The notes below the pieces were generated by a model. That model saw only the letters and a list, made by a program, of their open reading frames with translations. It searched no databases and was not told where the DNA came from. DNA of 64,000 nt from a virus, in the IMG/VR virus record IMGVR_UViG_3300025853_000044, positions 1-64,000 of that record. One strand, written 5' to 3'. A program made the translations under genes and the position numbers. Each line of letters starts with the position of its first letter. Position 1 is the first letter of the stretch. Shown here one piece after another: positions 51,901 through 63,900 of the stretch.

Positions 51901-54900
51901 CAGGCGCAAACCCTTCTGCGCTACGGTCGGACACGGCGTTGAAGGTGCGAATAATCGTACCGAATGGCGAGCCGCCCTCAATGATGTGGATTTGGCCCGT
52001 GTCGTCTTCAACTTGCATCTCTTCAAACTGCAATTCCTCATTGGGGATGGCCAATACATTTCGCAACTCATCGGGATGTGCGGCGGCGATTTGTGGGTGT
52101 GCCAACTCTTGCGCCTGTATGATGGGGAACATGGCACTGTTGGTTGTTTCAAACGAGAATCGGTTGATACCGTACAATTTCTCTCCCATCGTATGCGGTG
52201 TGTTACTCAAGACACGAGTGACAAATGGAACAGCACCAAGACCACGAGCATTGACGGCTGGTAACGATAGATTACCTCCATCCATACGCTTCCACACAAC
52301 ATGCTCAACGGAGAAGTTCTTGGCGGGTGAGCGTTGATTCATCTTGAAAGCGTTGGTGTCGCCAAGCCAGTAGTTGGCATCGTCGCCATATCGGTCAAGT
52401 TCAGCACTGGTACTCGTTTTGAGGTCTGTAATGAGGTTGCGCTCTACACTGGTAGCGTCTTCCAAAAAGAAACTACCGGGGCTTTCATCAAGGTCAAAGA
52501 ATAAATCACCAGTCTTTGCATAGCATGGTTCAGCGTTAAACAGTTCAATATCAGCGGCAAGAGGCGCATTGAACAAAAATGGGTCTGCTGGTATATCATC
52601 AGCAGGTAGAGACAAATTGGTCACAAGAGCCTCAATGTTTGGCCCACCGTGAGCAGGTGCAACGAACCTGTCAACACTGTGGATTCGCTCGTCCCACTGT
52701 GCAGTACCAGCAAAGGTGATGGCTGTAGCGGCGGCTACACCACCAGCAGTTTTGTTGACAACAGCCAACCAATCACCCATAGCAGTCACACCGTCACGGT
52801 CACGCTTTGCTACAAGACCCAATTCACCCTCATACGATATGACAAGGAAGGCACGACCAAAGACACCTTGTGGGTGATGAAGAGCACGAGGCACTGCATC
52901 TGCATCACCGATGTGTACGGGATTAGCGAAGTAGTCCGAGTGTTCCGCATCTGTTTTATCAGTATTATATGCAGGATTTGTATTTGTAGAAGCGTAAGTC
53001 CATGAGTAGGGTGTAGTGAGCATGGTTTCATCGTTATCTGTTCCACTTATTGGCCCACTGGCTTCGGGTGAGTTTCGCATTGGTGCGTAGTGTGGTAAAT
53101 GGCTGTATGTACTCATTACACTTGATGCTGGCCCGTAAGGTGAGAAGCCCAATTTAGCGTGCCATGCACCCAAGCCCGCACCGTACAGGTTCGTGGTGAA
53201 GGTAAGCGTACCGTTTGTCACAGCCCCACCAGTTGTGCTTGCTGATAATTCAAAGGTCGTAGCATTGGTGATTGAAACCACAAACGCACCCGCTGGTATG
53301 CCTGTTCCGCTCACCAGCATGTTTTTCTTGAGTAAAGCAGTTGAGTCCATTGTAATGGTCGTAGCGTTGTTGTAATCACAAGTCGCATCGGTAAATGATG
53401 AAGTTGTAACTTTCAACGAATTAAGGTATGAGTATCGCTCACCCGACCAGCCCATTGCACCTACGGGTCGTGTGCGGTCTATGGCATCCACAAGGCCACT
53501 AAAGTGAGAACGAGTCATGTGGTCACGAGGTGTGTCGTAAGCGTTGTTGTGGTAATGTACGCCCGACTTGCTCCACACATACAATTTAGTTGGAAGGTTT
53601 GGTGGCACAGCCGTGAGGTCAAAGTCGGGCACAGTTATACCCGCACTTTCACACCTATTGTGCCAAGTTGTCATGTCCTCAAACTGTGCTTTACCAGTAA
53701 TTTTGTTTGGTGCCAACCAAAATCGCACAGTCAGCACACCAGCCTTTTCATAAATTTCACGAGAATGATATGGAGCAAATGCAGGACAGGAATTATTTGG
53801 CGCAGTGGACGGGTGGCTTCTTCCACCCGTATCGGTACGAATCCAACCACATGCTGGTATTTGCTCTAAAACATCTCTTGTTGAACCCGCAATTGAACCT
53901 TCAATGTATGATTGTGAACTGCCACCAGTGGTAGCATTTTGATAAGAATTTGATGGGTCACCATAGTCCATTTCAATCCAACCGTAGCGGTCTTGGCGTT
54001 GAGCGTTGCTCATGCTTGGCATAAAGGTACCACCCATGGCTTTGAGTGCGCCCTTGCCGGGATTTTCGTTAATGGCTTGGCCGATGATAGTCGCTAACTC
54101 TTCACCGTTTTGACAGCGTGTGCCATCTACGACAATTATTTCACGGTCAAAGTCTGTCGCTGTTTCACCCAATGAACCAGCAAGCACGCTTTTGGCAATC
54201 ACACCCGACACACGGTAAGCCGTAGGTTGTACAGCGTTTGCAAACAGTTTACTGATTTGCAAGTCGTCCTTTTCCATGGGTGGGTTGAATGCCATTTGGT
54301 TGTCCATCCATGAACCACCGGGGTGGTAGCCACCGTCCATGTGGAAAGTCATGTCAGCACTCATAGCAATGCCGTAGTATGCCATGGCGCAATGTTGGTA
54401 GGGATGTGCTTTCTTGTAATCAGCCTCGTTGTTTGCTACCACTCTACCACTTACGGGATTCATGAAATGCTCACCGTAATGGTAGCCGTGTTCGGGTCGT
54501 TGTTTCAACCCATAACCACTCGCTCCTGTGTCGCCAATGTTTGGTGTCCCTTGTGCTGGCGACCAATTCAATGTTGTTTGCCAGTGGAAACGATTCCGTC
54601 TTGATTGGTAATTAGCATCGGGTGGGCCGTAATCGTTGTCGTTGTTGGTAATCTCGTTGGGTAGGTTCTTGCTGTGAGGTACCTTACTCCATGAGTTTCC
54701 TGTTGTGACAACATATCCGGGGTGAGGCTCTACAACACCGAGGTTGCTTGCTGTTTCATTGAATGGGAAGGCTTGACCGGGGCCGTAGATGAGGTAAGTC
54801 GTGAAATACGGCGTGGCGGTCTTGTGGTCGGTATAGCGTGCCGTTTGATGAGGCATACGCATGATGAGTGGGATTGGACGCTGGCGTACAATTCCCGCAG

Positions 54901-57900
54901 TGTAGCGTGCTGTGACATGCGAAGGTTGACCCGATGCCAAATTGGGTAGAGTTCCACTGTCAATATCGGCAGATAGCACATTGTTTTGATTGTAGGCTGG
55001 TGGGTTGATGCTACCACGATGTTGATTGAGATATGGGGTACCGGGGAAGAAAGCAAGCAGGGCGTTGCAATCCATCAACGCATACGCTGTGCTGATTTCG
55101 TTAGCGTTCTGTATGCCTGCTGTACCAGTCGGGCCGTTGGAGTATGGATGTGTGTAGAATGACGAGTAATCGTTTTGCGAACCGTCGTTGACATCCAACA
55201 CCACACCGCTAAATCCACCACCAAAGTAGAGTGGAACGCTGTGGTCGTTGCTGTCACGCCCGTTCTTGAAGTAAGTAACTGGTTCACTCTCAATGCTTCC
55301 ATACAAACGATAACCGCTGAAATCCTTGTCAGCATGAAGCATCAACAAAACATCGGCCCTATCAGCACTTGCTCCGTACAATGTATTCCATTCTTCGTTG
55401 TAATTTATTGCAACAACTTTCAGTTTGGTTGCAGAATTAGCACCTTGAACAGAAGTCACAGTAGCGAACCTGTTGCTTCCCGACCAAATGACCTTTGCAT
55501 CACCGAAAGAAACCAACTTGGTAAGGCTGTCAAATGTAGCCGCTTCTTCCCCTGCCGGAACAAGTATATGTGTCGTTGTTTCACCGGAATTTGTAGTAAA
55601 AACATCATCACTGTGGGTAAAGTCTGTAGTCACCAAGGCGTTGTCAAGAGCGGGTAAAATGTGGTCGCCGCTACGAGAAGTGTAAGTCAATCCTTTGAGG
55701 TTATTCGCCCAAGTCTTGGTAGGCACAGGGTCGTTATAGGAGTCAACAAGAATGGGTGTGGGTGTGTTGGTGTGATAACCACGGGCTTTTGTGCGAATCT
55801 GTAAGACAGTGTGGGGTAAGTAGCCGCAATCTACTTTGCGGTGATTGTCTTCAATATCAGCATCCGATACAGGTTTGTTGAAAGCCGCCGGTGCCGTGAC
55901 CGTCCATTGACTGTTTGATGACTGGTCAAGTTTTTCGTACTCACCAAATTCAAGATGTGGTGCCTCAATACCCAAGTCTCGGTGCAGTGATGCCTCAAAC
56001 ATTGTGGACAGTGGGCGTGCGCCACGCTGTGGGTTGTGGGCACGGATTCGGATGGCATCAGCGGCCACACCCCACTCTCCAAAGGTACGCCCGTCAACCG
56101 CATACATGTGTCGGCAATCAAACGGAATGCCTTCGGGTGTGTTTGGGTCGGCCATGTTGATAGCCTCGGCAGTGACAGCCGCCATCAACTCATCAGTCAT
56201 CAGCGTTGTCCAATTGATTCGTGGTGAAATAAGTGCTTTGATGATGCGGTCTGTAGATGCGTTAAACATTGACACCGCAGTATTGGTGAGAGAAGTTGCC
56301 GTAAGACCGGTCAATGAGTGAGATGCTGTAAACTCACTTCCTCTCACACCGTAGAATGTGTGAACTCCCGAATCACCAGCACTGTTCAGTTGTGTACGGC
56401 TTTCGTAAGAGATGACATTCCCCACAGTTCCCTTATCCGTTGTACCAGTCATCGGGTCAGTGATTTGAATGACACCGTTTTGACGAGGGAAACCGAGATA
56501 ACCAAGAATGTCGGGGTGGTTGCCAAGTTCTTGCCCGCTATCAAACGGCGCACCAAGTTGTACCGTAAGCGTGGTTGCACTTGCATCCCAAGAAATAGCA
56601 CAATCAATTCCAGCCGAAGGAGCATACACCCCTCGCCATTGATTCCCTCGCCAACTGTTCATCGTGACAGTAGTGACATCCAATCGCCCTGTAGCATCAC
56701 CAAAGCCAAGCATGTGCTGTCCAATGGTAAAACCACCCTTAGCCACATCCCCATCGTTAAAGTAAACGCAAATCTCATCATCAAGTGTAGAGGGTATGGT
56801 TGTCAAATCGTTGGCAAACGCTTCATCCATTTTGCGATAAATGAAACGCACACCGTAACCTTGTCCTCGGTGGTCGTTAAAGCGGAAACCGTACAATGGT
56901 GTGTCTCCTACCGCATCGTCTGTTATTTCAGCAGTGTTTACATGTCCACTGTATGAAGTGATGGCTGTAGGGGATGTGCCCGCTTTGGGTAAGCCTTCGT
57001 TGTACAACTTGTCAAACTCGTCATCACCCTTGCGCCCAAGCCCATGCTTACCAGCGATAGGTGAAAATCCCGGTACCCCCGACGCTACAAGCCCACCGAA
57101 GTTGATACGACCAGTTGCTTGTTTGCCCATTCGCAATCCCTTAACCAACGCAGTGGACGGGCTTTGTGTTTCAAACGATTCGTCGTTTACGCTGTTATGT
57201 GCGATACCACCAAGATGAGCGGAAATGTTTCGTCCCTTGGGGTTAGCCGTTTCATTACGGCGTGGGGTAATATCGTGATTACTGGTGAAAGCCTCATCCG
57301 GTTCTTCTTGTGCTACGAACTCACGCAAAGTAGAGACTGGTGCAAATGGCCTTCCATCCTTGTTAAGCGGCATAGGGGCAGGGTGCATGTTTTCACTCAG
57401 TATTTCATCGGGTTGTGCCCAAAAATTGCGGAAACGACCACCATGACCGATGAGGAATTGCGGTTGATAGGAAGATTGCCCTTTGCTGTTGTCAAGCCAC
57501 ACACAGAAGTTGCGACCCGATGCACCGGGAATAGTAGAGTGAATAACAATGCTATAGCCCTCGTTGCCGTTGATGTCTTCAACAACCCGACCCATGTGCG
57601 CCCGAACATAACCCATGTGTGAACCACGGTCATGTGAGTCAAAGGCGATGTCTCCATACCAAAAGGGAGCAGGGTCATAGGTAGAGCCTGTAGCCGCAAA
57701 ATCAGCGTTGATGTGAGCGGAGGTTGGGTCTTTGTTCGGGTCTGCTGTGTCTTGTCGCACACCAATACGAGTGAGGTCAAGCCGCTCACTTTCACCGGGG
57801 TATTGTTGTGATGGACGACGAGCATGTGTGCGACCGTTAAGCGCACCCCCTTGATTGATGAGGCGCACCATTTCTCGTGCCGCCGCCTCAATATCCGTGA

Positions 57901-60900
57901 CACCTTCCTTCACACCAACTTCACCCAAATCAAGTGTCATGCGGCGTACAAAGTCCATCTGTGTCCAATGTTTGAGGTGTTGCAAGCGAGACTCTTCATG
58001 GCTGGCAAGTTCAAGTGTAGTGTTTCTTTTCCCCTTCAAACAAAGGAATGCTGAGATAACACGAGTACCATCGGGTGTGTCAAAGAGCGTGCTTGCATCT
58101 TTCAAAGAGTGCGTAGCGGGGTTTTGAGTTGCACGGTGTAATTTTAGTTCACGCAACAACAAATCTCCTTCTTTTGCTTTGCGAATCAACTTGTGAATTT
58201 CATTTGCGTAATACACTGATGCCACAGCAGGTTGTACACGAGGAAGCACGCTATCACCCACAGTATGTGTGTTCCCTGTTTCTTCGTGATATAATCCAGT
58301 ATGTACAAAGTGTCCGTGTCCCTTACCTCGCAACAACGGATTGTTCCCAAGGCTACTTGGGTCTTGTAGGGTGTATTTGGTATCGGAGCCGGGTGTGCCG
58401 TCCACGAGGTCTTGTGATGCTGTATTGGGCACATTGTGTGCGTAGGCACTCTCAATGAATTTTGATTGTTGCGTAGAGCGCACATACTTGTTCTCCGATG
58501 GGAACCCATTGGCTACATCTATCTGCGTAGTGAAGTAATGGGGAGCACCGCCGTTGACACTGATAAGATGCTTGTCAAGTTTGATGGTGCCACCTTCGTA
58601 TGCGATGTTGCGAGTAAAACCAATTGTTGGTGTATCGGCACTGGATTGCACTTGCATGTGAAGGTCGTGAAAGGCAATGAACTCACGGTCATGTCCCACA
58701 TCAAACAAAAGGACACGAGCATTACCGTCAGTAGAAAGGTATGGGTCAATGTAGGCCACGGTGGGAGCCTGCGTTGCGTCCAGCCCCATAGCCTCGTAAT
58801 TCATCTCCACTGTCTTGTTTACATGCTGAGCAAAGTTTTGCGCTGTTTCAAGACACGAGTTGCCAATCAAGAAGTTTTCAAGCGGAATAGAATCTCTTGG
58901 ACGATTTGCCAGTGCCCCTTCGCCACCGTTAAATCCACTCCAAACAAAAGCCTCATTCATTACACCTCTACTTTTGGCGAACAACCCTTCCACAGCATGT
59001 GGATTATTGATGGTCATGTTCATCCAAACGGTATCTCCATCTCGTAGTCCACCTTGAGCGAATGGATAGACCCAACTTCGGTTGAGAATGGCATCAGCGT
59101 CATTCTGCACAACGGTGCCTACACCTATACGCACATCGTCGCCATTTGCTACAGCAACAGCATTTGCGGCCACAAGCGTGACAACTGTGTGTGCCCCGCT
59201 TGTCAAATTGGACTTTACATCTGCAACTTCACCCACATATTTTATGACATTGCTTGAATCTTCAAGGAATAACAAATCACCAGTACGAATGTTCGTACCG
59301 ATGGTGTTAGCATGAGCAAAGCGATTATTTCCGTTTGTGATGTTTAGCGTTGTGGATGCACCTGCTGATGTGGCACCTACAAATGTCCACTGCTCGGCTG
59401 ATGTAGATGGATGGAAAGTAGCCGTTTGCAACTCTTGGTTTTGCATGTTTGCGGGATTCACTATGGATTGGAAGGCGTTTCCTGCTTTTACAAGTTTAAA
59501 CTCAGCCCCAACGAAGTCTCCAACAGTCAGCGAAACATTTTTTGGTGTTGTTACCAATACAGAATTTGCACCTGCTATTGAATCCAACTTGCCTAAATAG
59601 TACACTTCAAGCGGAGTGTCTGTGCCAATTTCAGCAATGTAGGTTAAATCGCCTTGTTCAGCGATGCTGTTATTATTGCTGTCCCTTGAGTATGGAACAT
59701 CGGGAAAAAGTGAAGCATCATCAAGAATGATGTTGAATTGAAAGCCATCGGTTGCATTACCACTTATTTCTTGTACTTGCATGATGGTTGATTTTGCTCG
59801 TTTTGATATGGTGCGAGGTGCGTGTGGGTTGGCCAATGGGCCAGCCTTGAACTCCACGGCTGAAACATACTGGCGCAGGCCGTAATCAAGGTTCCCACCT
59901 TGCGTTTTCATGTTTGCCGCATCGTAATAAAATGGTGAGCGGCCTTCCAAATCCGACGATGGTAACTCAGCATCGGAGTCAATCGGCATGAGCGTTTCAT
60001 TTCGGAAGCCGCCACCTGTATGGATTTTTGCCCCAACAATGGCGTTTTGGAAGAATGTCTCGGAATACCCATCAAAATAACCTCCTGTAGCATTGATTGG
60101 AATTGACAAAAACCCATCCAACGCTGGATTATTGTCATACACAGCCCATTCTCCGCTGGTGAGAAATACCCTGCGTAGGCGGTTAATCCCCTTGAGATTA
60201 CCCACATCATCAGCCGCTACAATTGTAGGCGTAGCATCGGAAGAGTTTGTGGCATCGGGGAACATGTTTGGATGAGATACAAAAATGTGGAAGTGGTTGG
60301 TGTAAGTCGTGCCTCCTGTGCCTGTGCCTGTGCTTGTGTGTTTGTGGCTTGCAGTAGCATCTTCAATACGAAGAATGGTAGCCGACTCAATGTAATTTTG
60401 ATTATTGATAGTGTACGAATACGCTGATTTTGCGCTCTTATCCGCTGTGGCAACATCGTTTGCTCTTCTACCCACTGGTGTTGGGTTCCATGTGTGAGCG
60501 GTGTAGGTAGCATCTACATGCACTTTCATGCTGTTATCGGGGCCGGGGAAAATACCAAGGTCGGTGTGGTCAAAGAATTGCTGAGGAAATATCGGTATCT
60601 CAACCATGGCACGGGTACTGGCATATTGAGTGCCCAACTGATAGTCGTGCGTTACATCGTCAAGCGATTGGAACAAGCGGTCATTGACGGTGCTACCGTC
60701 CTGTGTCAATGAGTCGTTGTCAAAGTCTCCATCGTTGAAGATGTAAACCGAGGTCAAATAAGTGCCTGCTGAGCCTTGACTGATGATACCTGTGGCGTTA
60801 CACCACTCGTGGAAAGTCGCATACGCCGTACCTGCACCATCCAAAAATGTTCTACTGGCCACTGCATTGCTTTCACTGAAATAGAATCCTGCGCCCGTTT

Positions 60901-63900
60901 TTTCTGTGTATGCCGCACTTGCACCGTCTTCAAGGAATATGCGCCCTACCTGTGGGAAACAAATAGTTCCCCATGATTTAAGGTCGGGGGAGTCGTTGTT
61001 GAGCGGTGTGACGCTCATGCTAAAGGCACCAGTGGTGGTGACTATTCGTGCCTGTGTAGCGCAACTGCGACGAGTAGAACCCGGAAGTCGCATCAGCGGG
61101 CTTGGGTCAAAGGTAGGCTTGGTGTTCACACCGCCCTGCCCCGGCCCACCAAGCGTGACCGTGACCACGGGTGCGTTGGGTTCAATCTCCTTTACCACAT
61201 GCGAGTCGGGCGAGCCACTACCAACAGCAGAGACATTCTCATTCACGAAGGAGTCAGCGATGCCCGAAGCAGTGATAACCACCGTGGTCATGTTGGTTTC
61301 GGGGCTTTCTTGCTTGGATACTCCACGCACACGACAGCGGCTCATGAGGAACATGATGCTGGCGATGTTGGGTGAATCACCTGCGCCAAGGGAACGCACC
61401 AGCGACAATTGATTTACTCGTGATTTAACAGACGGCTGAACGAAAATCTTCGCCATGATGCCCGCTTCATCAGTAATCAAAACATTGTCAATGATGTTAA
61501 ACATCTCAAAGACACGACTTGAATGTGTGGTGGGGCCGAGGTCAAACACACCTGTGCCCGACTTGTCGGTGGTGGGCTGGCGTGTGCGTTTGCCTGCGCC
61601 TTCGTCGGTGATGGTGTCGCTTTGACTGGACGACATCGCTTCAATGGCAAGACGGTGGTACACGGATTCGTGCGTGCCTCCGTTGTGGGAACGAGCGACG
61701 GCCTTTGGTGGGCCTGCTGGTTCAGCATTGACATCGTTTGGTGGTGTGTACAATGCAGGTGTACGGCTAAGGTCAAGTTCAGTGTCGCTGTCCTGCCCGC
61801 CCGTGTTGTCACCAATCAGCGTGTGTGACTCCTGCATGAGTGAACCGTAGCCACTGATGGCGTTTGACAGGTAAATCACACCACCGGGCGAATAGAGTGT
61901 GGTGTTGGCAAGGTCGGAGGTGATGACATCCAACACCCGTGTTGTGCCAGTGAGAATGTGAGAACCTGCTGGTACGGTCTTGGTGACCATGAGCATGGGG
62001 GTGGATTGTCCCATGCTTGCTCCTGTGAGGTCTATGGCGTTGTAATGCACCTCAACATACGGGGCAAGGTCATGCGAAGTCCTCAAGGCAGGGACATGCA
62101 GAAGGGCCACACGGCTTTCGCTTTCGGGTGTAAGGTGGAAGAGGCGGTTGTTCTCGTCAATGTCGCCTGCTTCGGGCACCGGGCCTTTGAGCATAAACGG
62201 AGCATACTTGAAGCCGCTACCGCCAATGGCGATGAGTTCCTTCTTGCTGGCAGGCATACCGTTGTTGACGATGGTAGCAACGCTGGACGAGTTCTCAATG
62301 CGAGCGATGGGTGCTTCCAGTGTTTCGCTGTAGAAGTCAAGAAGTGAGTTCATTGGGAACATCTCGTCAATGTCACGAGTGTTGGAGTCATACGCCATCT
62401 GCACGATGTCAGCGGAGCCGTCAGCCTGCTGGTCAATGATGAGTTCACTGGGCTTGGGATAGCGGCGCATGTACTCGTGGCCGATGATGTGCGAGAAAGT
62501 GTGCCGCCCACTGTGTCCTACTTGGAACAGGGTGTCAAGAGTGGCTGGCCATGTCACGGCGTAAGGGTTGTTGGTGGTGTCAGTGGCCATCTGCGAAGAG
62601 TACACCAGCCCGTGATTACTGGCATTACCTTCGTCAAGCACCATCTGTCCCGTCTTGTCAAAGATTTGAGTGCCGTAGTGCGGAGGTTGGTATGGCTTAC
62701 CCGTGCCGTTGTCAATGAGCAGGTCGGCCCCGATGACCACGAAATAATTGTCCACATTGGCTGTACGGCTGTGCAAAGCACCTCGCAGACCACTTGTACC
62801 GTTGATGAAATCTACATGAATGCTGTTGAATGTCACAACACCCGTGTTTCCATTGATGCTTTCCAGTCGTACCCTTTCGGGTGGGGATTGGTTGGGCTTC
62901 TGCGTGTTGCGATTGATGGCACCGGGGTTGATGAGTAGGTTGTAAGGTGTGTGCGCTACGCTTAGGGTAGCGGCTGTGCCACTGTTAGTGTAGTAGTCCA
63001 CGACCTTGTAGTTGCCCATGCTATACGGTGTGCTTGTGAATGTGGTTGTTGGTGAAGTAGCGTCGTATGCCTTGCCGGTCAAGCGAGCGATAAGCGTCTG
63101 TGCATCAGCCGCCGTCATGGTTAGCGTTTTTGTTGTTCCATCGCTGGCCGCTGTAAATGCAGAAAACTCGTAAGTTCCCTCTACGATGTCTATTGGCTCT
63201 TCAAATCGGAAGAGTGCCGAAGTTGTATTACCCTTGATGGCCATAGATGGTTGAAGCATATTCTCATCAAATTCGTTTGAGAAGTGAATGGCTTCAATTG
63301 CACCACGGAACTCACCACCTTTACCACCGAGGTACACATGCTCAGTAGAGCGTGCAAGGCGTGTTTCGGGCGGAATGTCTTGTTGAGACACAATTTCACC
63401 GTTGACAGCCAAGAACACACGGTTCTTTTGAATACCAGCCACGACATGATATAGCGGTCGGTTGTTGAAGTTGAGGTTGGTGGCATCACCGTAGTTGCTC
63501 TTGTCGTAGCGATTGTACGAGTCGTGGATGCCGCCGTGTTCTTGCTGTGGGTACACGATACCGTCCCATCGTGTACTGGCATCGTAGGCAGTAGCCAAGC
63601 GGAAATACGATGGGCCAGCGATAGATTCAACATTAACGCTGAACACAGCGGGGCCGGGAGTATCCACGGTACCCATTTCAAGTGTAAACTGCCCCTCTCG
63701 GTGAGCAATCACACCGCCACAGTCGGGTACAACCCATGCCTCAATTACGAAGTCTCCCGCCGCCTTATCGTTGATTGTGGCAGAATCTCCAACTCCTTGC
63801 AGTGTCTTGGTCATGACCTTAGTACCACTACTGTCCTTTACACCCGTCTTGGTGAAGCGTCCTTGAGGGATAATCACTGAATCGCTCACGCCATCAAAGA

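Noticed and set aside
48638-53395. DGR template/variable repeat pair
   Set aside because: Differences are mainly synonymous and not adenine-specific; no reverse transcriptase in the window.
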